Source: a virus. From it: DNA of 64,000 nt. Position numbers and translations under genes: made by a program. Location of the stretch: IMG/VR virus record IMGVR_UViG_3300035698_009139; one strand, written 5' to 3'. Each line of letters begins with the position of its first letter. Positions within the stretch are counted from its first letter, which is position 1. This document shows, in pieces, positions 44,533 to 53,592 of this stretch. The notes beneath the pieces were generated by a model. That model was not told where the DNA came from, ran no database searches, and was given only the letters and a program-made list of their open reading frames with translations.

Positions 44533-46983
44533 GTGAAAAGAGCAGTAGTAACATACGGGCGGATGAACCCACCCACGGCTGGTCACGAGAAATTGATCAG
44601 AAAAGTGCATCAGGTAGCAGAAATGTCCGCGGCTGATGCATTTGTCTTTACGTCTCATAAGCACGATAGCCGAAACCCTCTACTGCAAGAACAAAAAATC
44701 CAATATTTGAAGAAGATCTCGCCTGCTGGTGTCAATATCAGCGGGTCGTCTGTCGTTCAGCCGTCGATCTGGCATCAGCTATCTAAGTTGCACTTAGAGG
44801 GGTATCGCCACGTGACGTTTGTCGCAGGATCGGATAGAATTCAGGAGTTCTCTGAAAGGCTAAATAAGTACAATGGTGTGGCGGGCTCACACGGTTTTTA
44901 CGACTTCAACAAGATAGAAGTTGTATCGTCTGGTAGTCGGGATGCTGATTCAAGTGGTATCGAAGGCATTTCCGGTACCAAGATGAGAAACCTTGCGGCC
45001 GAAAACAACATCCAAGAATTTACTAAGGGACTGCCAGATAAGCTGAAACCCTTAGCGGAGGCGATAATGCAGCACGTTACTAATTGGGAAGACGAAGACA
45101 ACTACGATTTCACTGATGGTGAATTACAGGAGATTGTCAACGGCATGTCAGTTGAAGACATCGATGATGAGGAATACGACGACGAGCTTTATGAGGCGCC
45201 GCTAACCGAGCGCATCATGACAATTGCTCAACGTCGAACGGCTGGTCGCCGCATGCGCCGCGTCCATCACAAGTATGTCCGTCTGCGTAAGGTAAAGTCG
45301 AAGAGAATGGCGCCACATGACCGCCTACATCTGCGTTCACGCAGAGCTGCCTTAACGGCCGTCCGCGGCCGCGTTGCTGGCAAACGCGGAGCTAATTACA
45401 ACAAGCTATCGCCACAAGAGAAGATCGCGGTTGATAAAATCGTGCAGAAGAAACAGAATCAGGTTGGCGTTATCTCGAAGAGAATGCTGCCAATGATTCG
45501 TAAGAAGGAAATAACGCGTCTGGCTAAGGCTAGAGGTCGATCAACAAATGAGGAAATCAACATGACTTCAATCAACGAAGCCCGCCCACCAATTGAAGAC
45601 GGCGAGAACGCCCGCGAGCACATCGTAATGCAGCTCCGCAAAGTCACTAATGGTGCCAAAAAAGAAGTTCATTTTGATGACAACAAAAAGCACCCTGTTA
45701 GCATTCCTCATGCTCGCAAGGCCTTGCAGATGCATGACGGTATCAAACAGCCTCAACACCGCGCAGATTTTGCATCTAAGATGTCCGGCAGCCATAGCGG
45801 ACTAATGGGAGCAGTATCTGGTAAGGTCAACGAAATGAAATCTCCAGATCATTCAGTTTCCAATAAAACAATTGCGGGCGCCATGAAGGGCGGTAAAGGC
45901 AAGGGTCTTGGTCTCAAGGTTCCTAGCCAGGAGAAGGCCGCTGCATGGATCAAACGCAATCCAGATAAGGTTACAAAGAGCGAGACCAAGTCATTTGAAG
46001 ACATTCGGTCAAACGGATTGAACGAATCATTTGAAGACTTCCTAGAAGGCGACGGCACGCCAGGTATGATGAACGACACTCGTAAGAAAGCTAAGCTTCC
46101 TGGTGAAATGAGCTATGCGACAGAACGCCGCGAAGCTGCTCTTGCTAATCGCGCCAAGCAGAATGATATGACAGAAGATGATATGAACGAGTTGTTCAAC
46201 ATCCTGTACGTTGAGGCAGTACTGACGCTGGACGAAGACGGTGCGTTGACGCCAGAGCAAGCAGCTTTTGACATCATCAACCACCTCGATGAACAAGAAG
46301 GAATGGTGCAGTCGTACGGCAAGTATCGTGATGCTCGTAAGATGGCCCGCGCCGCGCCACAGGGATCTGCTGCTGAGCGCATGTATACTGCAAAAGCTGA
46401 GAAGCATCGCACTGATAATATTGGCCATGCTAAAAAAGCTATGGCAAATGGTTATAACGATAAAGCCAAGTATGCCCGTGAAGCATTCGATATTGGTACC
46501 GATGAAAGTCGTATCAGAGCATCCAATGACACACCAGGGCAGGATGAAGACATCAAGCTAGCATTCGATTACGTTCAGAAGCCAGAGATTGCTCGTTCAG
46601 CATCATCAGTTGTTCGCGAGCGCATGGAAGCGGCCAAGATGAAGCCTGTCACTGAGGGTATCAACCACAATGAGATGTACTTTAAGGCAGCTGCAAAGGA
46701 TGCCAAAACCAAAAAATCTAGTCACTCTGTTGTGCACGACAAAGGAAAGCACACGATGGTGCATCGAGTTGGCAATACAGATCATGGTTTTGCAAGCAAT
46801 GAATATTTTGGCAAGCACCCATCAGGCCACAGCCACACAAATATAGAATCTCGTGATTTGAGAACGCATAACACTGTTCAGGTATACCACAACGTGGCAG
46901 GCCAGAATCCTCATTTGGACGACAGTTGTGTGCGGTCGGCAACAAAAGCAATACTAAAACATGGTAAGGACACCTACAAATGA
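44533..46983 (+). CDS. Cytidylyltransferase-like (HxGH-type) N-domain fused to a long charged C-terminal region
   Basis: TYGRMNPPTAGHEKL, RNPL, VAGSDR, VVSSGSRD, ISGTKMR; then ~630 aa of acidic/basic modules. Confidence 0.75.
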   Translation: MKRAVVTYGRMNPPTAGHEKLIRKVHQVAEMSAADAFVFTSHKHDSRNPLLQEQKIQYLKKISPAGVNISGSSVVQPSIWHQLSKLHLEGYRHVTFVAGSDRIQEFSERLNKYNGVAGSHGFYDFNKIEVVSSGSRDADSSGIEGISGTKMRNLAAENNIQEFTKGLPDKLKPLAEAIMQHVTNWEDEDNYDFTDGELQEIVNGMSVEDIDDEEYDDELYEAPLTERIMTIAQRRTAGRRMRRVHHKYVRLRKVKSKRMAPHDRLHLRSRRAALTAVRGRVAGKRGANYNKLSPQEKIAVDKIVQKKQNQVGVISKRMLPMIRKKEITRLAKARGRSTNEEINMTSINEARPPIEDGENAREHIVMQLRKVTNGAKKEVHFDDNKKHPVSIPHARKALQMHDGIKQPQHRADFASKMSGSHSGLMGAVSGKVNEMKSPDHSVSNKTIAGAMKGGKGKGLGLKVPSQEKAAAWIKRNPDKVTKSETKSFEDIRSNGLNESFEDFLEGDGTPGMMNDTRKKAKLPGEMSYATERREAALANRAKQNDMTEDDMNELFNILYVEAVLTLDEDGALTPEQAAFDIINHLDEQEGMVQSYGKYRDARKMARAAPQGSAAERMYTAKAEKHRTDNIGHAKKAMANGYNDKAKYAREAFDIGTDESRIRASNDTPGQDEDIKLAFDYVQKPEIARSASSVVRERMEAAKMKPVTEGINHNEMYFKAAAKDAKTKKSSHSVVHDKGKHTMVHRVGNTDHGFASNEYFGKHPSGHSHTNIESRDLRTHNTVQVYHNVAGQNPHLDDSCVRSATKAILKHGKDTYK

Positions 46984-47330
46984 CAGATAAGATCAACGAA
47001 TCATACTTCGGAGCTTCGCGCAATTTCGGCAGCCCCGAGACGTTAGTAGCTGCAGTCAACTCAGTACTGATGGGCCAGCAAGAGCAGGCGATGGATGAGA
47101 TGCGTAAGAAGAAGGGCAAAGGCGAAGAAGTCGATTGCGCTCCTGAGGACAAATCCCCAGTGCCAAAGGATGTCAAAGAAAGCCAAGACGCACTGAAGAG
47201 TGAAGTCAAGAAGCTGTATGATCGACTTCATAACGAACAGGATCCTGTTAAGAAGAAGAGTATCCGCGGTGAGATTGCCCATATGAAGGGTGCTATGACT
47301 GGCGTTACGAAACGCCCTAACGAGGAATAA
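46980..47330 (+). CDS. Hypothetical charged protein (possible head internal protein)
   Basis: ATGA overlap; MTDKINE start. Confidence 0.6.
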   Translation: MTDKINESYFGASRNFGSPETLVAAVNSVLMGQQEQAMDEMRKKKGKGEEVDCAPEDKSPVPKDVKESQDALKSEVKKLYDRLHNEQDPVKKKSIRGEIAHMKGAMTGVTKRPNEE

Positions 47331-47331
47331 G

Positions 47332-47859
47332 ATGAAGCGCTTCAAGACATTGCGCGAAGACCACGTTGCTACGGTGGCTAATGGTGCGTTTCGTGGAAAC
47401 ATGAAGCAGACACCCGCCCGCCGCGGCGACAAACGTGGTGGCGAGCAGGTGCTCGATGTGGCCACACGATACAACGGTAAAGCTCCTAGTATGTCTGAAG
47501 CCAGTGCAATCGCTGTGCATTATAGTAAGTATGAAAAGATGATGGGGCAAGCCCATGCTGCTAAGGGTGAAGGACGCCACGCAATTGCAAACGCATTATA
47601 CAAAGCAGCTAATGATGTGCATAAGAAAAATTATGAAGATGCAATCAAAGCTACCGGCCGCGACCCCAAACATTATGGGCCGAACCCAGCACGGACTGAA
47701 TCTATTAAAGAAATGGACGATATCCGCTCATCTATTCGCCACAGCAAGAACATGTTGAACCACCCAACCACATCTCCAGAGGTGCGGGCATTCCACAATA
47801 AGCGGTTGAAGAGCTTGAAAAAGAAGCATAAACCGGCCAATCCCGAACAACAGCAGTAG
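47332..47859 (+). CDS. Basic putative head internal protein
   Basis: Starts MKRFKTLRE (capsid-targeting-like); shares a QTPxRRxD motif with gp22. Confidence 0.6.
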   Translation: MKRFKTLREDHVATVANGAFRGNMKQTPARRGDKRGGEQVLDVATRYNGKAPSMSEASAIAVHYSKYEKMMGQAHAAKGEGRHAIANALYKAANDVHKKNYEDAIKATGRDPKHYGPNPARTESIKEMDDIRSSIRHSKNMLNHPTTSPEVRAFHNKRLKSLKKKHKPANPEQQQ

Positions 47860-47877
47860 TTTTTAACTCCTAGGTAT

Positions 47878-47885
47878 TATAAATA
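47878..47885 (+). promoter_or_regulatory. T4-type late promoter overlapping a hairpin (47881-47910)
   Basis: TATAAATA; AAATACTTCA-gctactaa-TGAAGTATTT-TT. Confidence 0.82.
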
Positions 47886-47960
47886 CTTCAGCTACTAATG
47901 AAGTATTTTTGTCATGCAGAGTAGACTAATTTTGGTTGAAACGCGAATAGGAGAGCTAAT

Positions 47961-48596
47961 ATGTCCGGTTGGGGAAAAACAACAGACGCCAGTGCCGCAG
48001 GTAACGTAGACCTGGGTGCTAATAACACACCATTCAGATACAAGGGCGGTTCAAGCCCAGAAGCAGCAACGCAGGCAGCTGAAAAACGTAACGTGATTAT
48101 GACTGATCAGGGGTATGTTCGTCGACTGAATACTGTCGATTTGAACGCCAATCAACGCACACGCGACGAAATCCTTATTGCTCAGGCCGGCGTGCCAGGT
48201 GATGCAGGCTTCCCAAATATCACAGAAATCTACTTGAGCTCCAACGCATCTGGTGGCGTATTATCCGCGGCCGGCGCTGGCAACGTATATGTTGTGTTCA
48301 GCGAGCCTGTTAACTTCAATCTCAACGCCACGGATTTGACGTTGAGCATTGCTAACACAGCTGGTGGTAACCACGCCGTCGCCCGATGTGAGGTAGGCGA
48401 TGCCTTGCTTAATGCCAACAACACATTGGTATTCAAGTTCACATCCGGCGAACGTGGTACATATCAGGTGAACGCACAGTCGATCGGTGTATCTGGTTCC
48501 TTCCAGAACCTAATTTCGCTGAACACATCTGGTGCAACAGCAAACATCGTTATCAGCGGAGCCGTATCAAATAACTTGAGCACGTTCTCTGCGTAA
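47961..48596 (+). CDS. Putative virion structural protein (Ig-like C-terminus)
   Basis: MSGWG start, GYVRR...DEILIA, VYVVFSEPV; late promoter upstream. Confidence 0.6.
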   Translation: MSGWGKTTDASAAGNVDLGANNTPFRYKGGSSPEAATQAAEKRNVIMTDQGYVRRLNTVDLNANQRTRDEILIAQAGVPGDAGFPNITEIYLSSNASGGVLSAAGAGNVYVVFSEPVNFNLNATDLTLSIANTAGGNHAVARCEVGDALLNANNTLVFKFTSGERGTYQVNAQSIGVSGSFQNLISLNTSGATANIVISGAVSNNLSTFSA

Positions 48597-48606
48597 GGAG
48601 TAAGAC

Positions 48607-49017
48607 ATGGCTGACAGTAAGGTATCCCAACTTGCTGCTGTGACGAGTCCCGCTTCGTCTGATTTGATCCTTATCATTGATGATCCGAATGGAACGCCAG
48701 TAAGCAAGAAGATTACGATCAAGAACTTGTTTGGCAACGTGCCGTCCAATACTGTGTTCGAAGCTACAATGACTGCGCAATCAAATGTAACATTCACTGG
48801 CACGACAGCCAACGTTACAGCAAACTTGAATAGCACAGGCATCACCACGCTGAATCGACTGATTGTGGCAAACGATCACATCACTATTTCAAATCGTCAA
48901 ACACCTGCGTCTAATACGGCCGCAGGAGCACAAGGCGAATTTGCTTATGATTCAGGATATATGTATGTGGCGGTAGCTAACAATATTTGGAAAAGGGCAG
49001 CACTGAGTAGTTTCTAA
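48607..49017 (+). CDS. Putative virion structural protein
   Basis: MADSKVSQL...DDPNGTPVSKKITIKNLF; C-terminal GAQGEFAYDSGYMYVAVANNIWKR fibre-type motif. Confidence 0.65.
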   Translation: MADSKVSQLAAVTSPASSDLILIIDDPNGTPVSKKITIKNLFGNVPSNTVFEATMTAQSNVTFTGTTANVTANLNSTGITTLNRLIVANDHITISNRQTPASNTAAGAQGEFAYDSGYMYVAVANNIWKRAALSSF

Positions 49018-49380
49018 ATGGATGAATTTGAATTGACCGACACTAATTTAACATTGTTTGCCATGAAATATTATCAGAATTCTGGTTGCACGGACGTGCT
49101 TGAGTTCCACGATGATATGAAGCGAATCAAATACATCAAGAGATTGTTCAAGAAATACAAAGATACGGGCGAGCTGAAAGAGCGGCTGATCCTGAATCAT
49201 TTGATAGTGCTGTATAACGTGTTCCATCATCCCGCAATGACTAAGATGCTGATGCATCGGCTGAAGGGATATGAGGATTTTTTAAAAACGTTCCTTATCT
49301 ATTTGAGCTATTGGCCACCCGAGAGGGGCGTAGAGATTTCAATAGATCAAAGGATAGTGGACGTACTGAGAAGGTTGTAA
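49018..49380 (+). CDS. Conserved T4-like hypothetical protein
   Basis: FAMKYY, EFHDDMKRIKYIKRLF, LKERLILNHLIVLYNVF. Confidence 0.75.
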   Translation: MDEFELTDTNLTLFAMKYYQNSGCTDVLEFHDDMKRIKYIKRLFKKYKDTGELKERLILNHLIVLYNVFHHPAMTKMLMHRLKGYEDFLKTFLIYLSYWPPERGVEISIDQRIVDVLRRL

Positions 49381-49381
49381 T

Positions 49382-50083
49382 ATGGCTAACAAAGGAACAG
49401 ACCTATACGTAGCATACCGGTTCGTCAAAGAGCTGAGTACACCTTTTGATAAAACAGATGCCTTTTCACTTGGGCTGATCGATGCTAAGGGCAAACTGCT
49501 TAAGCGCCCAAAAACACAAGCAGAAAAGAAAGCATACAACCCATTCGTCAGACTGATCTTCAATGTCAAGAGAGCATTGGGGCGAGCTGGTTTGGGCAAT
49601 CGTCTGTCGTCATTCGCCGCGGCAATGTTTCTGATGAAAGAAGAATCATCTGATGATCAGCGGCTGAACTTTTTATGCGACAACGAGTATGTGTTAAATT
49701 CATCTATGCTAAGATGTAGAGCCGAGCTCGGCCGTCTACGCCCAGATCTAGTTATACTTGAAGACGCTCCCACGAACGCAGTTGGTGGTGGAGCAATAGC
49801 GGGAACGGATGACAATCCTCCTGTGCGTAAAAAGCAAAAGAGCTACAGTTTCATCCGCCGCATCAATAATAGTGATGTTTATATGGTTGACAAGAACACG
49901 TTTGCTGCAGCAAAGGTCGGCCGACGCAAAGGATATGCGATGGAAGAAATCAGTGATGAGTTTGCTGAAACGCTAAAAGAGCATCAAGTCAACGACGTAG
50001 GACGCCCGCTAATCATCCAATGCGATGAGACAAACGAATTATTGTTCGTTGCGTATGGGCACAGAAAGCCAAGAGGCATATAA
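49382..50083 (+). CDS. Conserved T4-like hypothetical protein
   Basis: YRFVKEL.TPF..TDAF.LGLIDAKG, EDAPTNAVGGGAIAG. Confidence 0.7.
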   Translation: MANKGTDLYVAYRFVKELSTPFDKTDAFSLGLIDAKGKLLKRPKTQAEKKAYNPFVRLIFNVKRALGRAGLGNRLSSFAAAMFLMKEESSDDQRLNFLCDNEYVLNSSMLRCRAELGRLRPDLVILEDAPTNAVGGGAIAGTDDNPPVRKKQKSYSFIRRINNSDVYMVDKNTFAAAKVGRRKGYAMEEISDEFAETLKEHQVNDVGRPLIIQCDETNELLFVAYGHRKPRGI

Positions 50084-50628
50084 TGACACCAGAGCAAATC
50101 ATCAAAGATATCATCCGCCGCGAAGGTGGGTATAACGACATCAAAGAAGATCAAGGTGGTGCTACCAACCTGGGAATCTCTTTGCGGTATGCTAAGGGTG
50201 TCGGGCTGGATATGGACGGCGACGGCGACACAGATAAAGACGACATCAAGATGGTCGACGAGAAGACGGCCACTAAACTGTACAAAAATGACTTCTTTAC
50301 AGGCCCACGAATCAACACGCTACCAGTATCTATCCAAGCGCAGATGTTTGACATAGCTGTTAATGCTGGGCCACCCCGGGCCATTATGATGGCGCAAACT
50401 ATTACTAATCAGGCTGGGTTTGGACCGGTCGACCAAGATGGTGTTATTGGCCCTATGTCACGAGCAGCCATTGAGCGCGCAGTTGATGACATGGGCCCAT
50501 GGTTTGGCAATGCGCTCGTTGAAGAACGGTTGGCACATTATCGCCGAATCATAAAGAACCGTCCATCCCAGCAGAAATTCTGGAACGGTTGGCACAATCG
50601 CGCCATGGAATTTTACAAGGAAATCTAA
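50083..50628 (+). CDS. Endolysin, glycoside hydrolase family 108 with a C-terminal peptidoglycan-binding domain
   Basis: REGGY, DQGGATNLGIS, FDIAVNAG, DGVIGP, KFWNGWHNR. Confidence 0.9.
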   Translation: MTPEQIIKDIIRREGGYNDIKEDQGGATNLGISLRYAKGVGLDMDGDGDTDKDDIKMVDEKTATKLYKNDFFTGPRINTLPVSIQAQMFDIAVNAGPPRAIMMAQTITNQAGFGPVDQDGVIGPMSRAAIERAVDDMGPWFGNALVEERLAHYRRIIKNRPSQQKFWNGWHNRAMEFYKEI

Positions 50629-51185
50629 TGTCTATTATTGGAAATTTATTTGCAGGTGGTATACAAGGAATAGCTAAGGCCGGCACGCGTGTATACACTG
50701 CAGTTGCCGGTGACCAGGTCCAAAAGGACCAACAGTATCACACTGAGCAAATGGCTACGTCAAGTGCATATATATCAGAGTTTGCTGCTCCAGAGAAGAA
50801 GGGTATATTCAACAGCCTAGTTGATGGGGCTAATAGGCTAGTCCGCCCTATATATACATACAACATCATTGGAATGCTGTGGTGGGCAGTGATTGATCCT
50901 GTGCAATTCACGACGGCCATGGTCGCACTTGCTATTGTGCCAGACATGCTGTGGGGAATATTCTTTACGGTGACCAGTTTCTGGTTCGGTGGGCGATTTA
51001 TTAAAGACTGGCGTGGTAATAAAATTGACGCTACCAAGCAGTTGGAAACGCTTAAAAACTTGCAGAAAATCCAAGGAAAAATCGGCGGCGAAGCTTCATA
51101 CCAAAATGAGCTATCAGATACCTCTAAACCGCTTACCAATTCAGCGATTTTAGAGTGGAACCGAAGACGCCAAGACAATAAATAA
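50628..51185 (+). CDS. Putative holin (3TM-holin-like)
   Basis: NRLVRP, hydrophobic segments, FWFGGR; coupled to the endolysin. Confidence 0.7.
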   Translation: MSIIGNLFAGGIQGIAKAGTRVYTAVAGDQVQKDQQYHTEQMATSSAYISEFAAPEKKGIFNSLVDGANRLVRPIYTYNIIGMLWWAVIDPVQFTTAMVALAIVPDMLWGIFFTVTSFWFGGRFIKDWRGNKIDATKQLETLKNLQKIQGKIGGEASYQNELSDTSKPLTNSAILEWNRRRQDNK

Positions 51186-51222
51186 TCTATATAAAATAAT
51201 ATAAAAAACAGGTGCCATTGTA

Positions 51223-51441
51223 ATGGACGACAATATACCAGATCATAACCTACTAATCCGAATTGATGAACGCACTAAAAACATCGAAGAAGAGATGAAG
51301 AAATTTCCGGCCAAGTATGTGTCGAAGGAAGAATTCCGCCCCATTAAAGCGTTTGTGTATGGGCTTATGACAGCAGTAATGTTAACGGTATTGGGTGCTG
51401 TTTTAACACTTGTTGTTAATAATGGAGTGCCCGGTGCGTAA
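51223..51441 (+). CDS. Small membrane protein of the lysis cassette
   Basis: LIRIDERT coiled segment plus a C-terminal TM helix. Confidence 0.6.
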   Translation: MDDNIPDHNLLIRIDERTKNIEEEMKKFPAKYVSKEEFRPIKAFVYGLMTAVMLTVLGAVLTLVVNNGVPGA

Positions 51442-51894
51442 GTTTTTCGCTCATATTTATTCTCTGTGTGCGGTCGCTGTGGTATTAGCGTCGGTGTTAG
51501 TGGGAACGTATTGGGGCACATACGGCTCTAGAGAAATGTTTCAGGTTAATACTACTGAGATAGTAGAGATGACGCCTAATAAATTGGTTATCGATCGCAC
51601 CATAAAGAAGAGCATGATATGCCCAGTGGTATCCATTGATCATTATTTGATGTTTCCTGGCGGGGCCACACTGGGACTCAGAAAAGCCAGCATCATGCTG
51701 ATTACAAAACTAATACGCTGGTAACAATCAGATTTGTATTTGCTCTCCCACCTCAAGTTATAGACGTGTCGGACAAATATGGCCACCGAGTGAAGTTGGC
51801 ATACAGCTGCAACCCCTTCCACCAGCCGGTGTATACGGTTGATTCTAATATTGTTTCAGTGCCACACAAGAAGTTGTCTACCCTTTCAAAATAG
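51434..51894 (+). pseudogene. Signal-anchored periplasmic protein, frameshifted between 51640 and 51722
   Basis: The N-terminal TM ORF stops at 51724; the -1 frame is open 51640-51894 (HHADYKTNTLVTIRFVFALP...LAYSCNPFHQP) and fills the gap to the primase promoter. Confidence 0.55.
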
Positions 51895-51902
51895 CGTATA
51901 AT
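51874..51902 (+). promoter_or_regulatory. Sigma70-type promoter (primase operon)
   Basis: TTGTCT-17 nt-TATAAT. Confidence 0.72.
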
Positions 51903-51908
51903 ACTTGG

Positions 51909-52946
51909 ATGTCTGTAATGAATGATATCCAGTATGCTAATCTACTATCATCAAGACTAGAGCGATGGGTTGTCAAGAACAACAACCCTTTTCTAGCCAA
52001 TTTCCGTTGCCCAATATGTAGAGATAGCCAAAAGCGCAAGCATAAGAAACGTGGGTTCCTGTTTCAGGTATCTGACGGGCTGATGTTTAAGTGCCACAAC
52101 TGTGGGTCGTCTTGGCCATTCTCTAAGCTACTAGAGACAATAGACCCACAAGCGCATAAAGAATATGTCATGGAGAAGTACAAAGGCACGGGCAAGAAAC
52201 CTAAAGTGCTTATGCCGATGATGCCTCCCAAACCAGCATTCAAAAATCCAGATAGGTTGATAGACCGACTGATGGATCGGGTTGATAGACTCGAGTCTGG
52301 GCATCAAGCAGTCGAGTACTGCGAACATCGACAAATTCCCAGAGAGCAATGGCATCGTCTATACTACGTAGACAATATCAGCAACATCAGCCAGCTGTCG
52401 GACAAGTATAGAGACCGGATCACCACCAAAGAACCTAGGCTGGTGATCCCTACGTTTGATGCAAACGATAAGCTGGTGCATATGACCTGCAGAGCCTTCA
52501 GCGATGACCTGATCAGATATCTGACGGTCAATGTAGCAGAGCCGCCTCACCCACCTTTTGGTATAGACAAGTTTGATCGAACCAAGCGCGGATTCGTAGT
52601 AGAGGGGCCGCTGGATAGTCTGTTCGTTCCAAATAGTGTTGCAAGAGGTACGTCTGATTTGAAGGGTGCCATTCCTTGGGTGATAAAAGAAAATGTCACA
52701 CTGATATTTGACAACCAGCCAAGAAATCGCGAAATTGTAAAACTAATGCAACGCCATATTGATCAAGGGTTTACGTTGATGATTTGGCCCGATGGCACAG
52801 GGCAAAAAGATATCAACAATATAATCATGGAGGGTGAAATGACGGCTAACCAGCTAATGACTGTCATAAATAATAACACGTTCAACGGTCTAGCGTTGCA
52901 GGTTAAATTCAACAAGTGGAAGAAGATTGGTGATGGAATTTCTTAA
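51909..52946 (+). CDS. gp61: DNA primase gp61
   Basis: NFRCPICRDS, FKCHNCG, RLVIP, VVEGPLDSLF, IFDNQPRN, KDIN. Confidence 0.95.
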   Translation: MSVMNDIQYANLLSSRLERWVVKNNNPFLANFRCPICRDSQKRKHKKRGFLFQVSDGLMFKCHNCGSSWPFSKLLETIDPQAHKEYVMEKYKGTGKKPKVLMPMMPPKPAFKNPDRLIDRLMDRVDRLESGHQAVEYCEHRQIPREQWHRLYYVDNISNISQLSDKYRDRITTKEPRLVIPTFDANDKLVHMTCRAFSDDLIRYLTVNVAEPPHPPFGIDKFDRTKRGFVVEGPLDSLFVPNSVARGTSDLKGAIPWVIKENVTLIFDNQPRNREIVKLMQRHIDQGFTLMIWPDGTGQKDINNIIMEGEMTANQLMTVINNNTFNGLALQVKFNKWKKIGDGIS

Positions 52947-53586
52947 AGCAACGGTTGAGTATGTCGATCATATGGGTAGCGATCTATCGGTGGTCAATGC
53001 TGCTCGTGTATCCTTTGACAAGCATCACGAGATATTTAAACAGCCTGATGATGAAGGGCTGATCAAATATTTGGCCAGAGAAGGACACTGGAGCCCATTT
53101 GCTCACACGACTATACAGATAAGAGTAAGTTGTTGTTTTGCAATTGCTAAGCAGCTGGCGAAGCACCAGGTGGGGTTTGCATGGAACGAGATCAGTAGAC
53201 GCTACGTTGATTTTGAGCCATCATACTTCAAACCGACCGACTGGCGTTCATCGTCTGCTGACAAGAAGCAAGGTTCTGGTGAGGCTCTAGCTTCACAGAC
53301 TGTGGTGGATAAAGTTTACATGGATGCGATCGCAGACGCCAATGAGGCATATAATAGGTTACTAGCATTGGGCGTATGTGCAGAGCAAGCTAGATTTGTG
53401 ATGCCCCTGGGTGCCATGACGACGTGGTATTGGACGGGGTCTGTTTATGGTTTTGCGCGAGTGTTTAACCAGCGATCAAAAGAAGGGCACAATGCCCAAG
53501 AAGAAGCCGAGGATGTCGCAAAACTGATCGTCCAGATATGCAACCAACACTTTCCAGTCTCTTGGAAGTATCTTACAGGAAAATAA
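52933..53586 (+). CDS. thyX: Flavin-dependent thymidylate synthase
   Basis: MGSDLSVVNAARVSF, HWSPF, KHQVGFAWNEISRRYV, KQGS, EQARFVMP. Confidence 0.95.
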   Translation: MEFLKATVEYVDHMGSDLSVVNAARVSFDKHHEIFKQPDDEGLIKYLAREGHWSPFAHTTIQIRVSCCFAIAKQLAKHQVGFAWNEISRRYVDFEPSYFKPTDWRSSSADKKQGSGEALASQTVVDKVYMDAIADANEAYNRLLALGVCAEQARFVMPLGAMTTWYWTGSVYGFARVFNQRSKEGHNAQEEAEDVAKLIVQICNQHFPVSWKYLTGK

Positions 53587-53592
53587 CTAAAA

